Assembly: GCF_002113885.1 (NCBI RefSeq)
Contig: NW_018407390.1
Coordinates: 1,960,190 to 2,024,189 of the forward strand
DNA from: Mizuhopecten yessoensis
Taxonomy: Eukaryota
Length of the DNA: 64,000 nt
Direction of reading: 5' to 3'
In this document: positions 1-12,312 of the stretch, piece after piece
Numbering within the stretch: the stretch's first letter is position 1
How the letters are laid out: every line of letters begins with the position of its first letter
Program-made: the position numbers and the translations under genes
Notes under the pieces: model-generated
Told to the model about the DNA's origin: nothing
The model's database searches: none
The model's input: only the letters and a program-made list of their open reading frames with translations

Positions 1-3000
1 GGGTATCAAGGGCGTTTTTTAGCCTTAACTCCAACAATAAATTGGAATTAGAATTTGAGAAAGTCTGACAGCTATGGAACTATCCTCCACAGCAAAGTCT
101 TTCATGAAATACCAGGAATCGAACTGACAGGCTTTTCTTGTGGATGCCGTTAAACATTTGGAGTGTCCCCCTACTTTGCCCACATGAAGAAGCAGACAAC
201 GAAATGTGCAGAGGTGTTCTTACAGGAGCTGGGATGCATCAGAAGACCAGACTTGTACTGGACATCGACTGCTTTTACAACATGGCGTCTGAGTATCTGC
301 GGTGCTCCAAATGTGGCAGAAAGGAATATACTTTTGCATTACTATTCCAGAACTCATGTTCTTACATTTATTATAAGCTATGTTTGAATAGAAATCAAAA
401 TATAGGCAACGTAGTTACAAATGATATAATCAAAGTTTTTTGTTTTGCATGGTTCATAATGCTGTAATAAAGCTTATCATAGCTGGTCCAAAATTATAAC
501 TCATCTGACAACAATTCATGTTTCATTTCCATAGAGTCAAAGAAATATTGCCCTAAAATGATGACTTCAAGTCATTTTGAACAAAAAACAAATGGTCATT
601 ACCTTCCCAAATAAAATAATTATTCTATAATAGATAATGAGTAATATCAGTTACGTATGTCAATCCCAGAATAATGGTATTTTCTTATAGATGGTTGCCT
701 GGGCCAATTACATTTTCTCCCAACTGGATAGACAGGCAGCTGCTGTTTCCTGCAATCCTGACTACAAGGTACTCTTGCGACAAGAAAGTAGTTGGTTTGT
801 TGCGTCAGAGATGGCTAGGAAACAGCAGCAGTATGGTCAGGAGACAGCTGGAGGAAGCACATGGTTACACCTACCTCAGGAATGTCCATCACTACCTGTC
901 AGCATTTAGGACCTTCAAAACTGCTGGCTCTGTAGGGCTGGTGTCTGCCAGTAGCATTGAAGAGCCTCCATCGCTTACTCTGGTACCACGACACAGGTGG
1001 CTGATTAAGGTTTACCAGCTAGATGTGCTCCAGCGTCTTGACTTTGTTAAGGGCTCCATCACATCACTATTAGGGAAGCTCCATCACATCACTATTAGGG
1101 AATGTAATAAAACTGGACTCCACCAAAAAGATCACGAAAAAGCTAGCAGGTAACGAAGAACTGAAAACATTGTTTGTAATTTATACAGTTCTTTAAAATT
1201 CAATTAAAAACTTTCACCGAAATATATTTTGCTTACATTCGAAATACAACACCTATAGACCACTATTATAGTTCAAGTTGTTAGACTTCCAAGAAAAAGT
1301 ATCCATGGAAAGCAGATGTCATTTGTCATATATGAAAATCGCCCACTAGTATCTTGAATACTACTTTCCTCGTTTTATTATCACATTTATTGTTAGAAAA
1401 ATTAATTGATCTATAACCTTTTGCTTGCACGAAAGACCGACTTATTACACATACTTTTAGTATTTTTCTCTGCTTTAGTAAGCAATCACACTATTCCTTC
1501 TTTTTGGTTTGCAGGAAGAAGTGCAAAGACTGCCATGTGGGCGACAAATGTGGTAACGAACATGGTCAAGTGATCATGTCGGTCCTCACCGCTAATGAAG
1601 GTCAGGGTCTTGCAAACATGATCACTGGACTATGCCAGCGTTACCAGGAAGCGAAGGTATCGCCACCACGATTGAAGAATGTCGACAGAGACTGTTGTGA
1701 CAGCAGATGTGTGTTGAAGTACTTCAAGAACTGGTCATTTCTTCTTGTGAGGTAAAGCAATCAATTCATTGATTATAAGACTTCTGCTAAATTGCAGGTT
1801 ATAATGCGAGAATACTACTACATGCTTGAATCGTTAGGATATGAAAAGCTTTTGTATAAATCTTCACTTGGAGAAAATATCAAAATATGTATTTGTTAGA
1901 TTCTCAAATATCACTTGAATTTGGTTTGACTGAAAACCAAAGTGTGACAAATGAGAAGTTGATTTATTCTAAAATATGTAAATCATAACTGAATCATTAT
2001 GCCTAGTTGTCAGTGTCTCAGAAAGAAAGATCTGGGGATACTTGCAGATTTTTTATGTTATGATTTTTATTATAGGTTGGACATCTGGCATTTTATGAGA
2101 AGACTGTCTGTTGGCTGCACAACTGATGCCCATCCATTGTATGGCACATTCATGGGTCGTCTCAGCCAATGCATCTTCGAATGGGAGGAGAAAGACGTTT
2201 CGTTGCTAAAGAGGGCAAAGAGGGCTGAGATGATTCAGCATCATATTCCTGATCCGTCAGATGCTGATGTTGTGCGCCACATAAAGTCTCAAGAGTTGGC
2301 TTCACGCTGCCGAAGGAGAACCAGAGGCACAAAGGAAACGACGACTCTGATTAGTGAGCTAATCCACTCCATGGAGGGAGACAAGGGACTGGACATCCGT
2401 GGAGTGTCACTATTGAATACTATAAAGATGCAGGAGATTTGGGTTAAACAGAGTCAACATGTTCCTTGCCTTCAGGATCCTGATGGTGTCCAACTTTACA
2501 CTAAAGTTGGCACTGTTAGGAAAGGTGGTGTGGAACTACCAAAGTATCGCTGTTGTTCATGTCAGCTGATAGCAAATAGAGAAGAAAGATTTAGTCTGTG
2601 GTATTAACTCGAGGACAATTAGCAAGTAAAGCAGAGGATTCAAACATTTATGTATAGGCCCTACATATTTTCATTTTTATACATAAATGATATTGTATTG
2701 TTGAGACAGTCAGTTAAACCAATGCATAATTTAATCATTGAAAATAATTTAACTTTCTGCTTACAGGATAACTGAACCTATTCCAAATTTATATTACATG
2801 TACCCTAGCCAGTGATGTCAACTTCCAGCTGTACCTTTTGGATGGTATCCATCGTTGGAACCAGGATAGAGAGAGAGAGAGAGGCAACAACAGACTGGGA
2901 ATGCCGAGGACCTCTCTCATACAACGGAGTTTTACGACATTCTGTGAACCAGTTGTCACAAGATGTGCTACAAAAAAAGATTTCTCCAGATTTTAAAGTC

Positions 3001-3806
3001 CCTGGGAAACACACAGGTACATACAGCAGTTAATATGTTTCACATTATATTTACAATGTCTGTAAAATTCTTGGTGTCTTAAAATATAAACTACATGTAC
3101 AATATTTTTATTACGCAAATGTCAATAAGATGGTAGTTAACACATGAGCATGATTGAACTATCAATATCTTAAGTGGAAAATACATACTTGTGTTATTTC
3201 AGGTGAGCTCATTGGCTTGGAGTATTTATATTCCAAGTCAACAGGTGCCACCATTAAATACAAGGAAACAGCCTTGTCTATTGAAGAGGACACGCAGCAA
3301 GAAGAGGATAGCATCGGGGAGGAGGATGGGCATTTTGAGGACCCCACTGTCCATGCATTGCAGACGGCAATTCCTAAACCGATGACACCTAGCAGACCTA
3401 TCTTGTGTATCCCCACAGATGCAGACTATAGACAACTAGCTAGAGGTTTGTGTTTAACTTGAATGTCAACAATGTCATGTGAATAGTGTCTAAACTTAGT
3501 ATCAACCAGTTGATATAAATACAAACATGCTCAAATGTGCTTCCATTTGACAAAACCTGACAAATTCAGGCTTGAAAACACAGTGGAATTAAAGCACAAA
3601 CCAAGCATTTCTACAGGGTTACAAGAAAATATGGTCTGTTTTAGTTTGTCACTGTAATTTTGGAGGTTGGGTAAATTTTAACTATCGATTACAATAATAT
3701 AAATGAATTTAGATATATATGCCATTGAACCTTTCATTTGTAATTTTTTTTTTCAAATATTCTTCCTTTATATCATTTGAATGTTTGTTTTCTATGTTTT
3801 TCGCAG

Positions 3807-5592
3807 TCCGAGCCTCTTATAGAGCCGTCTCCTTCCGCTACCAGTGGACAGTCCGAGCCTCTTATAGAGCCGTCTCCTGCCACCACCAGTGGACAGTCCG
3901 AGCCTCTTATAGAGCCGTCTCCTACCACTACCAGTGGACAGTCCGAGCCTCTTATAGAGCCGTCTCCTACCACCACCAGTGGACAGTCCGAACCTCTTAT
4001 AGAGCCGTCTCCTACCACTACCAGTGGACAGTCCGAGCCTCTTATAGAGCCGTCTCCTGCCACCACCAGTGGACAGTCCGAGCCTCTTATAGAGCCGTCT
4101 CCTACCACTACCAGTGGACAGTCCGAGCCTCTTATAGAGCCGTCTCCTACCACCACCAGTGGACAGTCCGAGCCTCTTATAGAGCCGTCTCCTACCACTA
4201 CCAGTGGACAGTCCGAGCCTCTTATAGAGCCGTCTCCTACCACCACCAGTGGACAGTCCGAGCCTCTTATAGAGCCGTCTCCTACCACTACCAGTGGACA
4301 GTCCGAACCTCTTATAGAGCCGTCTCCTACCACTACCAGTGGACAGTCCGAGCCTCTTATAGAGCCGTCTCCTGCCACCACCAGTGGACAGTCCGAGCCT
4401 CTTATAGAGCCGTCTCCTACCACCACCAGTGGACAGTCCGAGCCTCTTATAGAGCCGTCTCCTACCACCACCAGTGGACAGTCCGAGCCTCTTATAGAGC
4501 CGTCTCCTACCACTACCAGTGGACATTCCTAGCCTCTTATAGAGCCGTCTCCTGCCACCACCAGTGGACAGTCCGAGCCTCTTATAGAGCCGTCTCCTAC
4601 CACCACCAGTGGACAGTCCGAGCCTCTTATAGAGCCGTCTCCTACCACCACCAGTGGACAGTCCGAGCCTCTTATAGAGCCGTCTCCTACCACCACCAGT
4701 GGACAGTCCGAGCCTCTTATAGAGCCGTCTCCTACCACCACCAGTGGACAGTCCGAGCCTCTTATAGAGCCGTCTCCTACCACCACCAGTGGACAGTCCG
4801 AGCCTCTTATAGAGCCGTCTCCTACCACCACCAGTGGACAGTCCGAGCCTCTTATAGAGCCGTCTCCTACCACCACCAGTGGACAGTCCGAGCCTCTTAT
4901 AGAGCCGTCTCCTACCACCACCAGTGGACAGTCCGAGCCTCTTATAGAGCCGTCTCCTACCACCACCAGTGGACAGTCCGAGCCTCTTATAGAGCCGTCT
5001 CCTACCACCACCAGTGGACAGTCCGAGCCTCTTATAGAGCCGTCTCCTACCACTACCAGTGGACAGTCCGAGCCTCTTATAGAGCCGTCTCCTGCCACCA
5101 CCAGTGGACAGTCCGAGCCTCTTATAGAGCCGTCTCCTACCACTACCAGTGGACAGTCCTAGCCTCTTATAGAGCCGTCTCCTGCCACCACCAGTGGACA
5201 GTCCGAGCCTCTTATAGAGCCGTCTCCTACCACCACCAGTGGACATTCCTAGCCTCTTATAGAGCCGTCTCCTGCCACCACCAGTGGACAGTCCGAGCCT
5301 CTTATAGAGCCGTCTCCTACCACCACCAGTGGACAGTCCGAGCCTCATACAGAGCCGTCTCCTTCCGCTACCAGTGGACAGTCCGAGCCTCTTATATAGC
5401 CGTTTCCTGCCACCAGCAGTGGACAGTCCGAGCCTCTTATAGGGCCGTCTTCTACCACCACCAGTGGACAGTCTGAGCCTCATACAGAGCCGTCTCCTTC
5501 CGCTACCAGTGGACAGTCCGAGCCTCTTATAGAGCCGTCTCCTGCCACCACCAGTGGACAGTCCGAGCCTCTTATATAGCCGTTTCCTGCCA
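3807..5592 (+). repeat. 45-bp coding minisatellite, ~39.7 copies (SGQSEPLIEPSPTTT) inside a transposase exon
   Basis: Unit TCCGAGCCTCTTATAGAGCCGTCTCCTACCACCACCAGTGGACAG. The array starts right after an acceptor (ttcgcag|3807), and the exon ends ATAYVAQNEPVPDD|gtaagt at 5630. Confidence 0.98.
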
Positions 5593-6114
5593 CAGCATAT
5601 GTTGCACAGAATGAACCTGTTCCTGATGATGTAAGTATTAAATATGCTAAAGTGAATATCAAATCATATTTAAACACATATTAGATGAAATTACAAAAGT
5701 AACCCAAAACTATGGAATTACAGAGCAGTCCACATTTTCAGTATTTTCGTGTCTTTCACTTTTCAGTGCATTTAACATTGATCAGTATTTAGGTTCTGTT
5801 TTGCTGCACTAAATATATTTCAATTAATCACATTTAAAGGACTTCGGAGACTATAGGTGGCCCGTGTAACGAGCGTCTGGTTTGCCGAAATATCAATCTA
5901 TTGTCTCAAATCTGTCACGGATTCAAAAGACAACATTGTTCGAATACCTACAACAATATTTCTCCTTCAAGTTTTCCATATATATCATAATAAATTAAGG
6001 GATGTCGACAAAAATGATGCAACATCAGCTTCCTACCACAAGAAAAAGCTATGCAGTAAGCAACATTTGCCATTATAAAGGTAGCAAATCTGCTTGATTG
6101 TTTTTACCAAAGGA

Positions 6115-6637
6115 AGGGTGTCTATAAGGCCCTCTTTTGGGCCCCGGTATATTCGGATTTTCACCTCCTTATTTTGTTCAAAGATGTCCTATTGTATGAC
6201 ATGCGAAAAAACTAAGGTAAAACTTTGACCGAAAGTGGGTTTCGGGGGGTACCAAAAGGGGTATGGTAAATCACAAATATAGTTTGCTGTTTACAAAATG
6301 AGCTTAAAAACCGAAATAATACCATTTCTGTTTTTGAAAACATGTATAAATTAGACAATCATATGTAACAGAATAAAAAAAAGACAAATTTTCAATCGTC
6401 ACTTAAAGAGTGTTTATTTAAAACGAATGATTACGTCAGGGTGTGTGTGTGTCTTTTTTGGTCATTTTCAATTGAAAAGTAATTTGTTTTCTCAATAATT
6501 TCTTTTCTAATTAATATTTTGACTTTAAATTTATAATTTCACTCATTTAAGTAGACTTACATTAATTGCATATTGATTACATACTTTCCTTTTGTTTTAT
6601 ACTGAGTTATGGCTTCTGGACCCATCTCAAACTTGGC
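6115..6637 (+). repeat. Left arm of a diverged ~500-bp inverted repeat (TIR-like)
   Basis: GGGTGTCTATAAGGCC..TTTGACCGAAAGTGGG..GGGTACCAAAAGGGGTA..CTCAAACTTGGC is the imperfect reverse complement of 9698-10153. Confidence 0.85.
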
Positions 6638-8575
6638 TGAGAGAGTAACCAACGAGTCTTACAACTGAGCAAGCGCTTACACTTATTCAGCTTCGTGAAT
6701 TTCTGTCGGACTATGACAAATCCAGAACACGGTTTCCACAGCGATTCTCATCAGCTGGGTCAGGCAGTTTCAGGAGACCCACAAAAATGTGGCACTTGGT
6801 GTTACGAGCATAGAAAGTTATTCATCTTTCTCTTTAAGTTCTCTTTCTAGTCAAGTTTTAGAAAAAGAATAGTAAACAGATTTTTAGGATTTAAAAGTGA
6901 TAAGATACCGTACGACAAAATAATTTCATTTAATGCAGTACTTTGGCTGCATATGAAAGAAAAGTTAACAAAATATAAATTGAATATTTGCCAAGAACTG
7001 ACATTTCATTATAGATATTTTTCATTTCATCACATTTTATTGACAAGATGTCGTAATCAATTGGATTGAATAACAGGCAAAGCCTATATAAATTCTCTGT
7101 CAAATGGCCATTATAGATATTAACAATATCATGTGGGGTTTTTTACTTGCAGAGCAAGGTCCGAACTCAACCAGATCGAATTGGCCAGACTGCAACAGAT
7201 ATGTTGAGGCCACAGTAGTCATATCCAAGTGACAGACGCTCAAAAACGACTAAGACCTTTCATTCAAGATGGACATTAGTGAAAGAGGCCTATTCAAGGA
7301 TACAGTCACTGATTTTGTCCAACAACAGGATCCTTAGTCGTACAGACATCCAATTGCCAAGTTTAAATATAAAGACCATCCAGCAATGGTAAGTTTCAGT
7401 AATCACAACTTTGATGACCGACTGGTTGAGGTAGTCTCAGACTACACAGATATTAAGATTGCATAATACTAAATGATCTGTTCATGAGTCTATATTGACA
7501 TTTCCATTGCAAGTTCCTCTAAAAGCATCACCAGATGAAGTACGCCCATACCGGTATAAACATTTAAAACCTTATTAAATTTTTGTATGTTTTGTATTAT
7601 TTCGCTAAAACTTGTTGATAAAAATCTTTATATCTTAAAAAGCTTTGCTCTGGATAAAATATAAAGTATAAATAATTTGCAAGTTTTGTAAATGTTTCAG
7701 GTACATGTATAACAAAAAGGGGAAGGCAAGAGATCTCAGCTGCAACAGGCTTCAATGACTGGAAAAGGAGCTCCATTGCCCAAGTTAAAGCCAGAATCCT
7801 TGCAGTCAGGCGAGGCATCTCCTTTTTCCTTTTTCTTACCTCCAGATACTGCTGGTATGGCAAAACTCGAGATGCGGACGTCAAAGGCACCACCAGTTGT
7901 TTGTCGCCCTATTCTTCCCATGCCACTACCGCCTGTCACTGGGCCATTACGTTTCTCTGTAATACTGTCTCCACCAATGGCTACTCCGCCATTGACAGAT
8001 CTAGACAGAGTGGTTACAGTATCAAGTGTACAACACCAGGGACGACAAAAGAGAAAGGCAGTGACAGATGATAGTGGGATTGTGAAACGTAATTACACTA
8101 AAAGGGCCCACAGTGTGGTGACGACAGAAATCCTCTCACCTCACACATCAGCAGTACATGGTATATAGATACTGCAGCAAGACAGAGTCTGTGTCGTACG
8201 AAAACTAGAGGACACAGTTGAAAGACAAGGGGGTTACAAGAAAAAGAAAGATATGATGGAAATTGAAGGATTGAGATTATTTCAACAATGGATTAAAGGA
8301 CGTGAAAGAACAGTTATAACAATTTTAATGCTGCCTACTATATGATAACTTTGTGATATTATCACAGTTAATGAAATTGCTATATAGTAGAAGGTTCCAA
8401 GCCCTTGTAAAAGCAGAGGACACATTTTTATGACGCTATGGGAGATTGACATTTTCGTTAATGTAATTTTTATAACTCACTCAACCACTGATCTTCAAAG
8501 CTTGGTTGATAAACATTAAAAAAGATTACTTGTAATGATGACAGTTTGAAATATGCTTGTTCTGTGGAAAGATAC

Positions 8576-8650
8576 GTTTCTTTAGTTCAACTGGCTTAGA
8601 ACACTTTCCTTGTTCGGAATGAGATCCGTGTTCAAATCTCGGGGGAAGCA
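8576..8650 (+). pseudogene. Degenerate tRNA-like sequence (anticodon unreadable)
   Basis: Acceptor GTTTCTT/GGGAAGC, D arm GTTC..GAAC, T loop GTTCAAAT; the anticodon arm is irregular. Confidence 0.55.
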
Positions 8651-8814
8651 TTAATTATTGCAGTCTAGCATATTTGAAATTGTCTTTTTCATAATTTATG
8701 TGATTTTAAACATTTTCCGCCTTTTTTCCCATTTCCTTCTCTTTCTACCTTTTTTTCCCTCTCCTCCTTTCTCTTTTGTGGTTAGTGCAGCTGGAGACTT
8801 ATGATCTATGACCT

Positions 8815-8880
8815 TAGCTCAGTCGGTAGAGCATCAGACCTTTAATCTGAGTATCTATGGTTCGAGTCCCTACGTGGGCG
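8815..8880 (+). pseudogene. 5'-truncated tRNA-Lys(TTT)-like sequence
   Basis: TAGCTCAGTCGGTAGAGCATCAGACCTTTAATCTGAG..GGTTCGAGTCCC..GGGCG closely follows metazoan tRNA-Lys(UUU). Anticodon TTT at 8841-8843 with position 33 C instead of T; T-run at 8885. The 7 nt before TAGCTC (ATGACCT) do not pair with the 3' acceptor strand CGTGGGC. Confidence 0.8.
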
Positions 8881-9697
8881 ATAGTTTTGTTTTCAAATTA
8901 GTGTAAAACTGTGTACATGTACATGTTACTTGATGCTTGTTTTTTGTTTTATTAGGCGTTATACATAAATGGTACATTTATGTTTTAATCGTGTAGGGGA
9001 TAATTAGTTTCAAAATTTCGGCATCCTTTATACCACATTACCAAGAACGTATGATACTATTCTTTGTCTGTGTGAGACATCACAATGACAACAATTCCTA
9101 TAGTTTTAATTCTGACGACACAAACGGGCGTTATTATATGAGTATTGAATAAACAAATTAATATAACCTTCGAATATGCAATGTAAATAATGGTAGTCAT
9201 CTCCTAACGTGTATATTTTGTAGTTTTCTTCAATTAAAGATTGCTTCTATAGTACAGTGACAAGCACGATGTTCAACCTACTTAATCATTAGAGATAATT
9301 CTAATACTCTCTCTATCAATTGAATTTACTTTGTTAAATGCACCAATAAAATCACCTGTCGTTTTTAGAAAACATTTGTGCTCTCCAGCCATTTTTGTTC
9401 GCAAGAAGAACTAAAGGTAAATACCTGACAAAGGTTTCAAACATCAATATGACTGGTTATCTTTCACAAACATTTTTTGTCATAAATGCAATTTTAATAT
9501 TTGGTGCAAGGAGATGCATTTAGTCCTTGTATTCCAAAACACAAGAAAAAATGTTTAAGTAAAAAGGCATTGTGAGATGAGTATGAAACTTCACAAATTA
9601 AAAATCATCATATAACTAATATCCTTGCCAAGCTGCATGTTTATCCAAATACCTTTTTGTGTCTTCCACCTTTCAATTCACCAGAGGTTTTTTAAAT

Positions 9698-10153
9698 TGC
9701 CAAGTTTGAGGTGTGTCCGGAATAATCAGTACAAGACAAAAGGAAAGTGTGCAGTGAGTATGAATTTGAGTAAAGTTGTAAATTTTAACTCAAAATATAA
9801 ATAAGAAAGGAAATTATTGAGAAAACAAAACCCTTTTCATTGGAAAATTACCTAAAACCCTGACTTGATCCTCCATTTTATATAAACAATATTTTCAGTG
9901 ACGATTGAATTTCTGTCATTTTTTCATTCTTTATATTTGGCTGTTTAATTTAGACATTTCATTTTCAAAAACAGAAATGGCATTCTTTTGGTTGTTTAAG
10001 CTTATTTTGAAAACAACAAAGTATGTTTGTGACTTACCCTACCCCTTTTGGTACCCAAAACCCCACTTTCGGTCAAACTTTTGCGCATGAAATACAGAAG
10101 GGCATTTTTAAAGATATTAAGGAGGTGAAAATCCAGATTAATCTGGGTCCCAA
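9698..10153 (-). repeat. Right arm of the diverged inverted repeat, ending ...GGCCTTATAGACACTC
   Basis: Imperfect reverse complement of 6115-6637; no TSD found. Confidence 0.85.
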
Positions 10154-11481
10154 AAATGGCCTTATAGACACTCATCTTTGTAAGTACATTGTAGGGATGA
10201 TTAAACTCGTAAGAAACAATTGCTAATTGGATGATTTAATTGTAAACTAATAAAGGCGCAGATATGGGCGAGGACAAAGCTCTTACATGAACCAGGGTCG
10301 GTACATTAGGTACACAAGGTATGCCGGATTAGATAACAGAGTGACAACAGAGTGCCCAAGGAATAAGAGCCATTCATCCCCTACGTAACTTATAAAGTGA
10401 GAATATTAGACACGTGTAAGGATACATGGGATTATCTTAACCAGATAGGTGAATATTGAGCACAGTATCTGGGTATAGAATTGAGTTTTGTTCCCGACCA
10501 TTAAATCTATAAAAAAGGGTGCGATAAAAGGAAGTTTAACAAGTAGTCCTGGGCCTATTTATATCAAATATGATTAATATTAATAGGACATTAAACAAAA
10601 TAAAATCAAATCAAACCAATAATTGGAGAATATGAAAAATGAAAAAATATCAATTAACTCAATATATTCACTTTTGCCGGAGATTTCAAGCTGGTCAGGC
10701 TGACGATCGGAAATCTGAACAGAGCATGCAATTTTTCTCTAACTTTTTTCGCCCTCGGCGCTGATTGGTCCTTTAATGGTGAGGTCAACATTTGGCCCCC
10801 ACTTTGATTTCTGTTATTTTTTTCCACTATGTAGATACGTAAAAATGATCAATACCTGCATAAATGACATATATGCTTAGATATTTACTGGGGGTGGGTC
10901 GGGGTTGAGGGGTGGGGGTATGGGGGTGAACTATGGATTGCTTTGCAATGCTTTACCTTAGATAGCCTTTAGCTTATAGTTCTGTGTTATATAGGAGTCG
11001 GTGTATTAGTTAGTCTTTGGCCTACAGATTTAGTTATTCTTTTATTTGGCATATTGCCTATTTATTAAACAAAATATGGAGAAAAATTACATTATCTTAT
11101 ATCGTTAACTTTAAACAAATAAAGCAAATCTGACTCCCCATATTAAAAGTTATTTCAGCACATTTTATTTTGTGACATTGAACGAAGGTCAAGGTCATCA
11201 ACGTTTACAACACTTAAACTCATTTACATGAAGAACCTACTGGCTACCAGTAGTTTTTCTTTCTTTTTGAATCAAAAGTGTTATATGAAAAATGTACCGG
11301 TTGTCAATTCTTTTGAAATTCCTGGTGTTGAAAGATATAATTGGTAGCCTACTTTCAAGCAAGTATGAAGTATAGACTGGTTTTAGAACTATATAAATTA
11401 ACGTGTCGAAAATGTAAATTGAAAGTGATTGCAAACCTTTGTTGTTTGTTTTGACAATAATAACCATTACTATTTTCCATA

Positions 11482-11556
11482 TGTTGTAAAGCGCCTTAGA
11501 GTAATTTTACAAATTATATTGGGCGCTATATAAATGTTGCATATTATTATTATTAT
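11482..11556 (+). mobile_element. L2-type 3' terminal stem-loop plus (TAT)n tail
   Basis: GTAAAGCGCC..GGGCGCTATATAAAT..TATTATTATTATTAT is the typical L2 3' end, but it lies on the strand opposite the adjacent L2 ORF. Confidence 0.75.
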
Positions 11557-11961
11557 AAAATTATATGAAATTTCATTACTAATGAGAAAATTTACATTAT
11601 TAGATTCTAAAATGCAGACGTGAAGAGGTGAGTTTTTATGTCCCTCTTGAACTTGGCCAGGGTATTTGACTTCCTAATAGCAGATGGTAAGCTTCTCCAC
11701 AACGTAGCGGAAACCCTCCCAAAGTTTCTGTTTCCGTAGGTCACAGTACGAGATTTTGGGACACACAACAAAGATTCTGACTCCGACCGCAGTGAGCTTG
11801 ACGGCTGATACAGGGTAACAAGCTCCTGTAGGTACTGAAGAGCTTTTTCATTCAGTGCCTTGTGTGTGTGTACCAGAATTTTGTACTGCGACCTGTATCG
11901 TACAGGTAACCAGTGCAACGAATAAAGCGCAGGTGTGATGTGCTCTCTCTTTCGAGTACTA

Positions 11962-12312
11962 TTGTTTGTTTGTTTGATTTTGTTTAACGTCCTATTATTA
12001 GCTAAGGTCATTTAAGGTCGGCCTCCCCTGTGTGCAAGATGCATGCATGTAGTGTATGTGTGTGTATTTCGGGAGGCTGCGATATGTTCGTTTTTGTCTC
12101 CTTGTGATAGCGAGGAACTGATGCCGACTTTATAGTGCTCACTGAAACCTACTGCCAAAGACACCCAGCAGGACGCCCAATCCGGTCACGTTATACTGAC
12201 AACAGGCGAACCAGTCATCCCACTCCTAATTTGCTGAGCGTTAAGCAGGAGTATAAACTACCATTTTTAAAGACCTTGGTATGTTTCGGCCAGGGGACAG
12301 AACCAAAAGCCT
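11962..12312 (-). mobile_element. 5'-truncated composite SINE inserted in the L2 ORF
   Basis: Reverse complement of the family at 34852-35386; splits the L2 peptide ATRLVTR|TRKREHITP; possible TSD TTCGAGTA. Confidence 0.9.

Larger units (their letters stand above)
63..8255 (+). pseudogene. Decayed multi-exon DUF6729 / Dada-type DDE transposase gene (5' end probably outside the window)
   Basis: Approximate exons: 63-322 (RLVLDIDCFYNMASEYLRCSKC), 691-1149 (ends VIKLDSTKKITKKLA), 1516-1751 (GNEHGQVIMSVLT..VDRDCC), 2076-2552 (RLDIWHFMRRL, DxxH), 2806-3016 (NFQLYLLDGIHRWNQDR), 3203-3445, 3807-5630, 6636-6816, 7153-7388 (WPDCNRYVEA), 7701-8255 (C-terminal C..H..C zinc-finger remnant). Frameshifts and stops are present, and the third catalytic (Glu) motif is missing after KYRC at ~2550. 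The Dada assignment rests on my recall of family motifs. Confidence 0.75.

Noticed and set aside
3719-5483. 585-aa (+) and 563-aa (-) ORFs, and a CRISPR-like appearance
   Set aside because: These are alternative frames of the 45-bp minisatellite. There are no unique spacers, the context is eukaryotic, and the frame that exits to the splice donor is the SEPLIEPSP frame.
6115-10153. Sola3 assignment for the inverted repeats
   Set aside because: No TTAA flanks and no Sola3-type transposase motifs.
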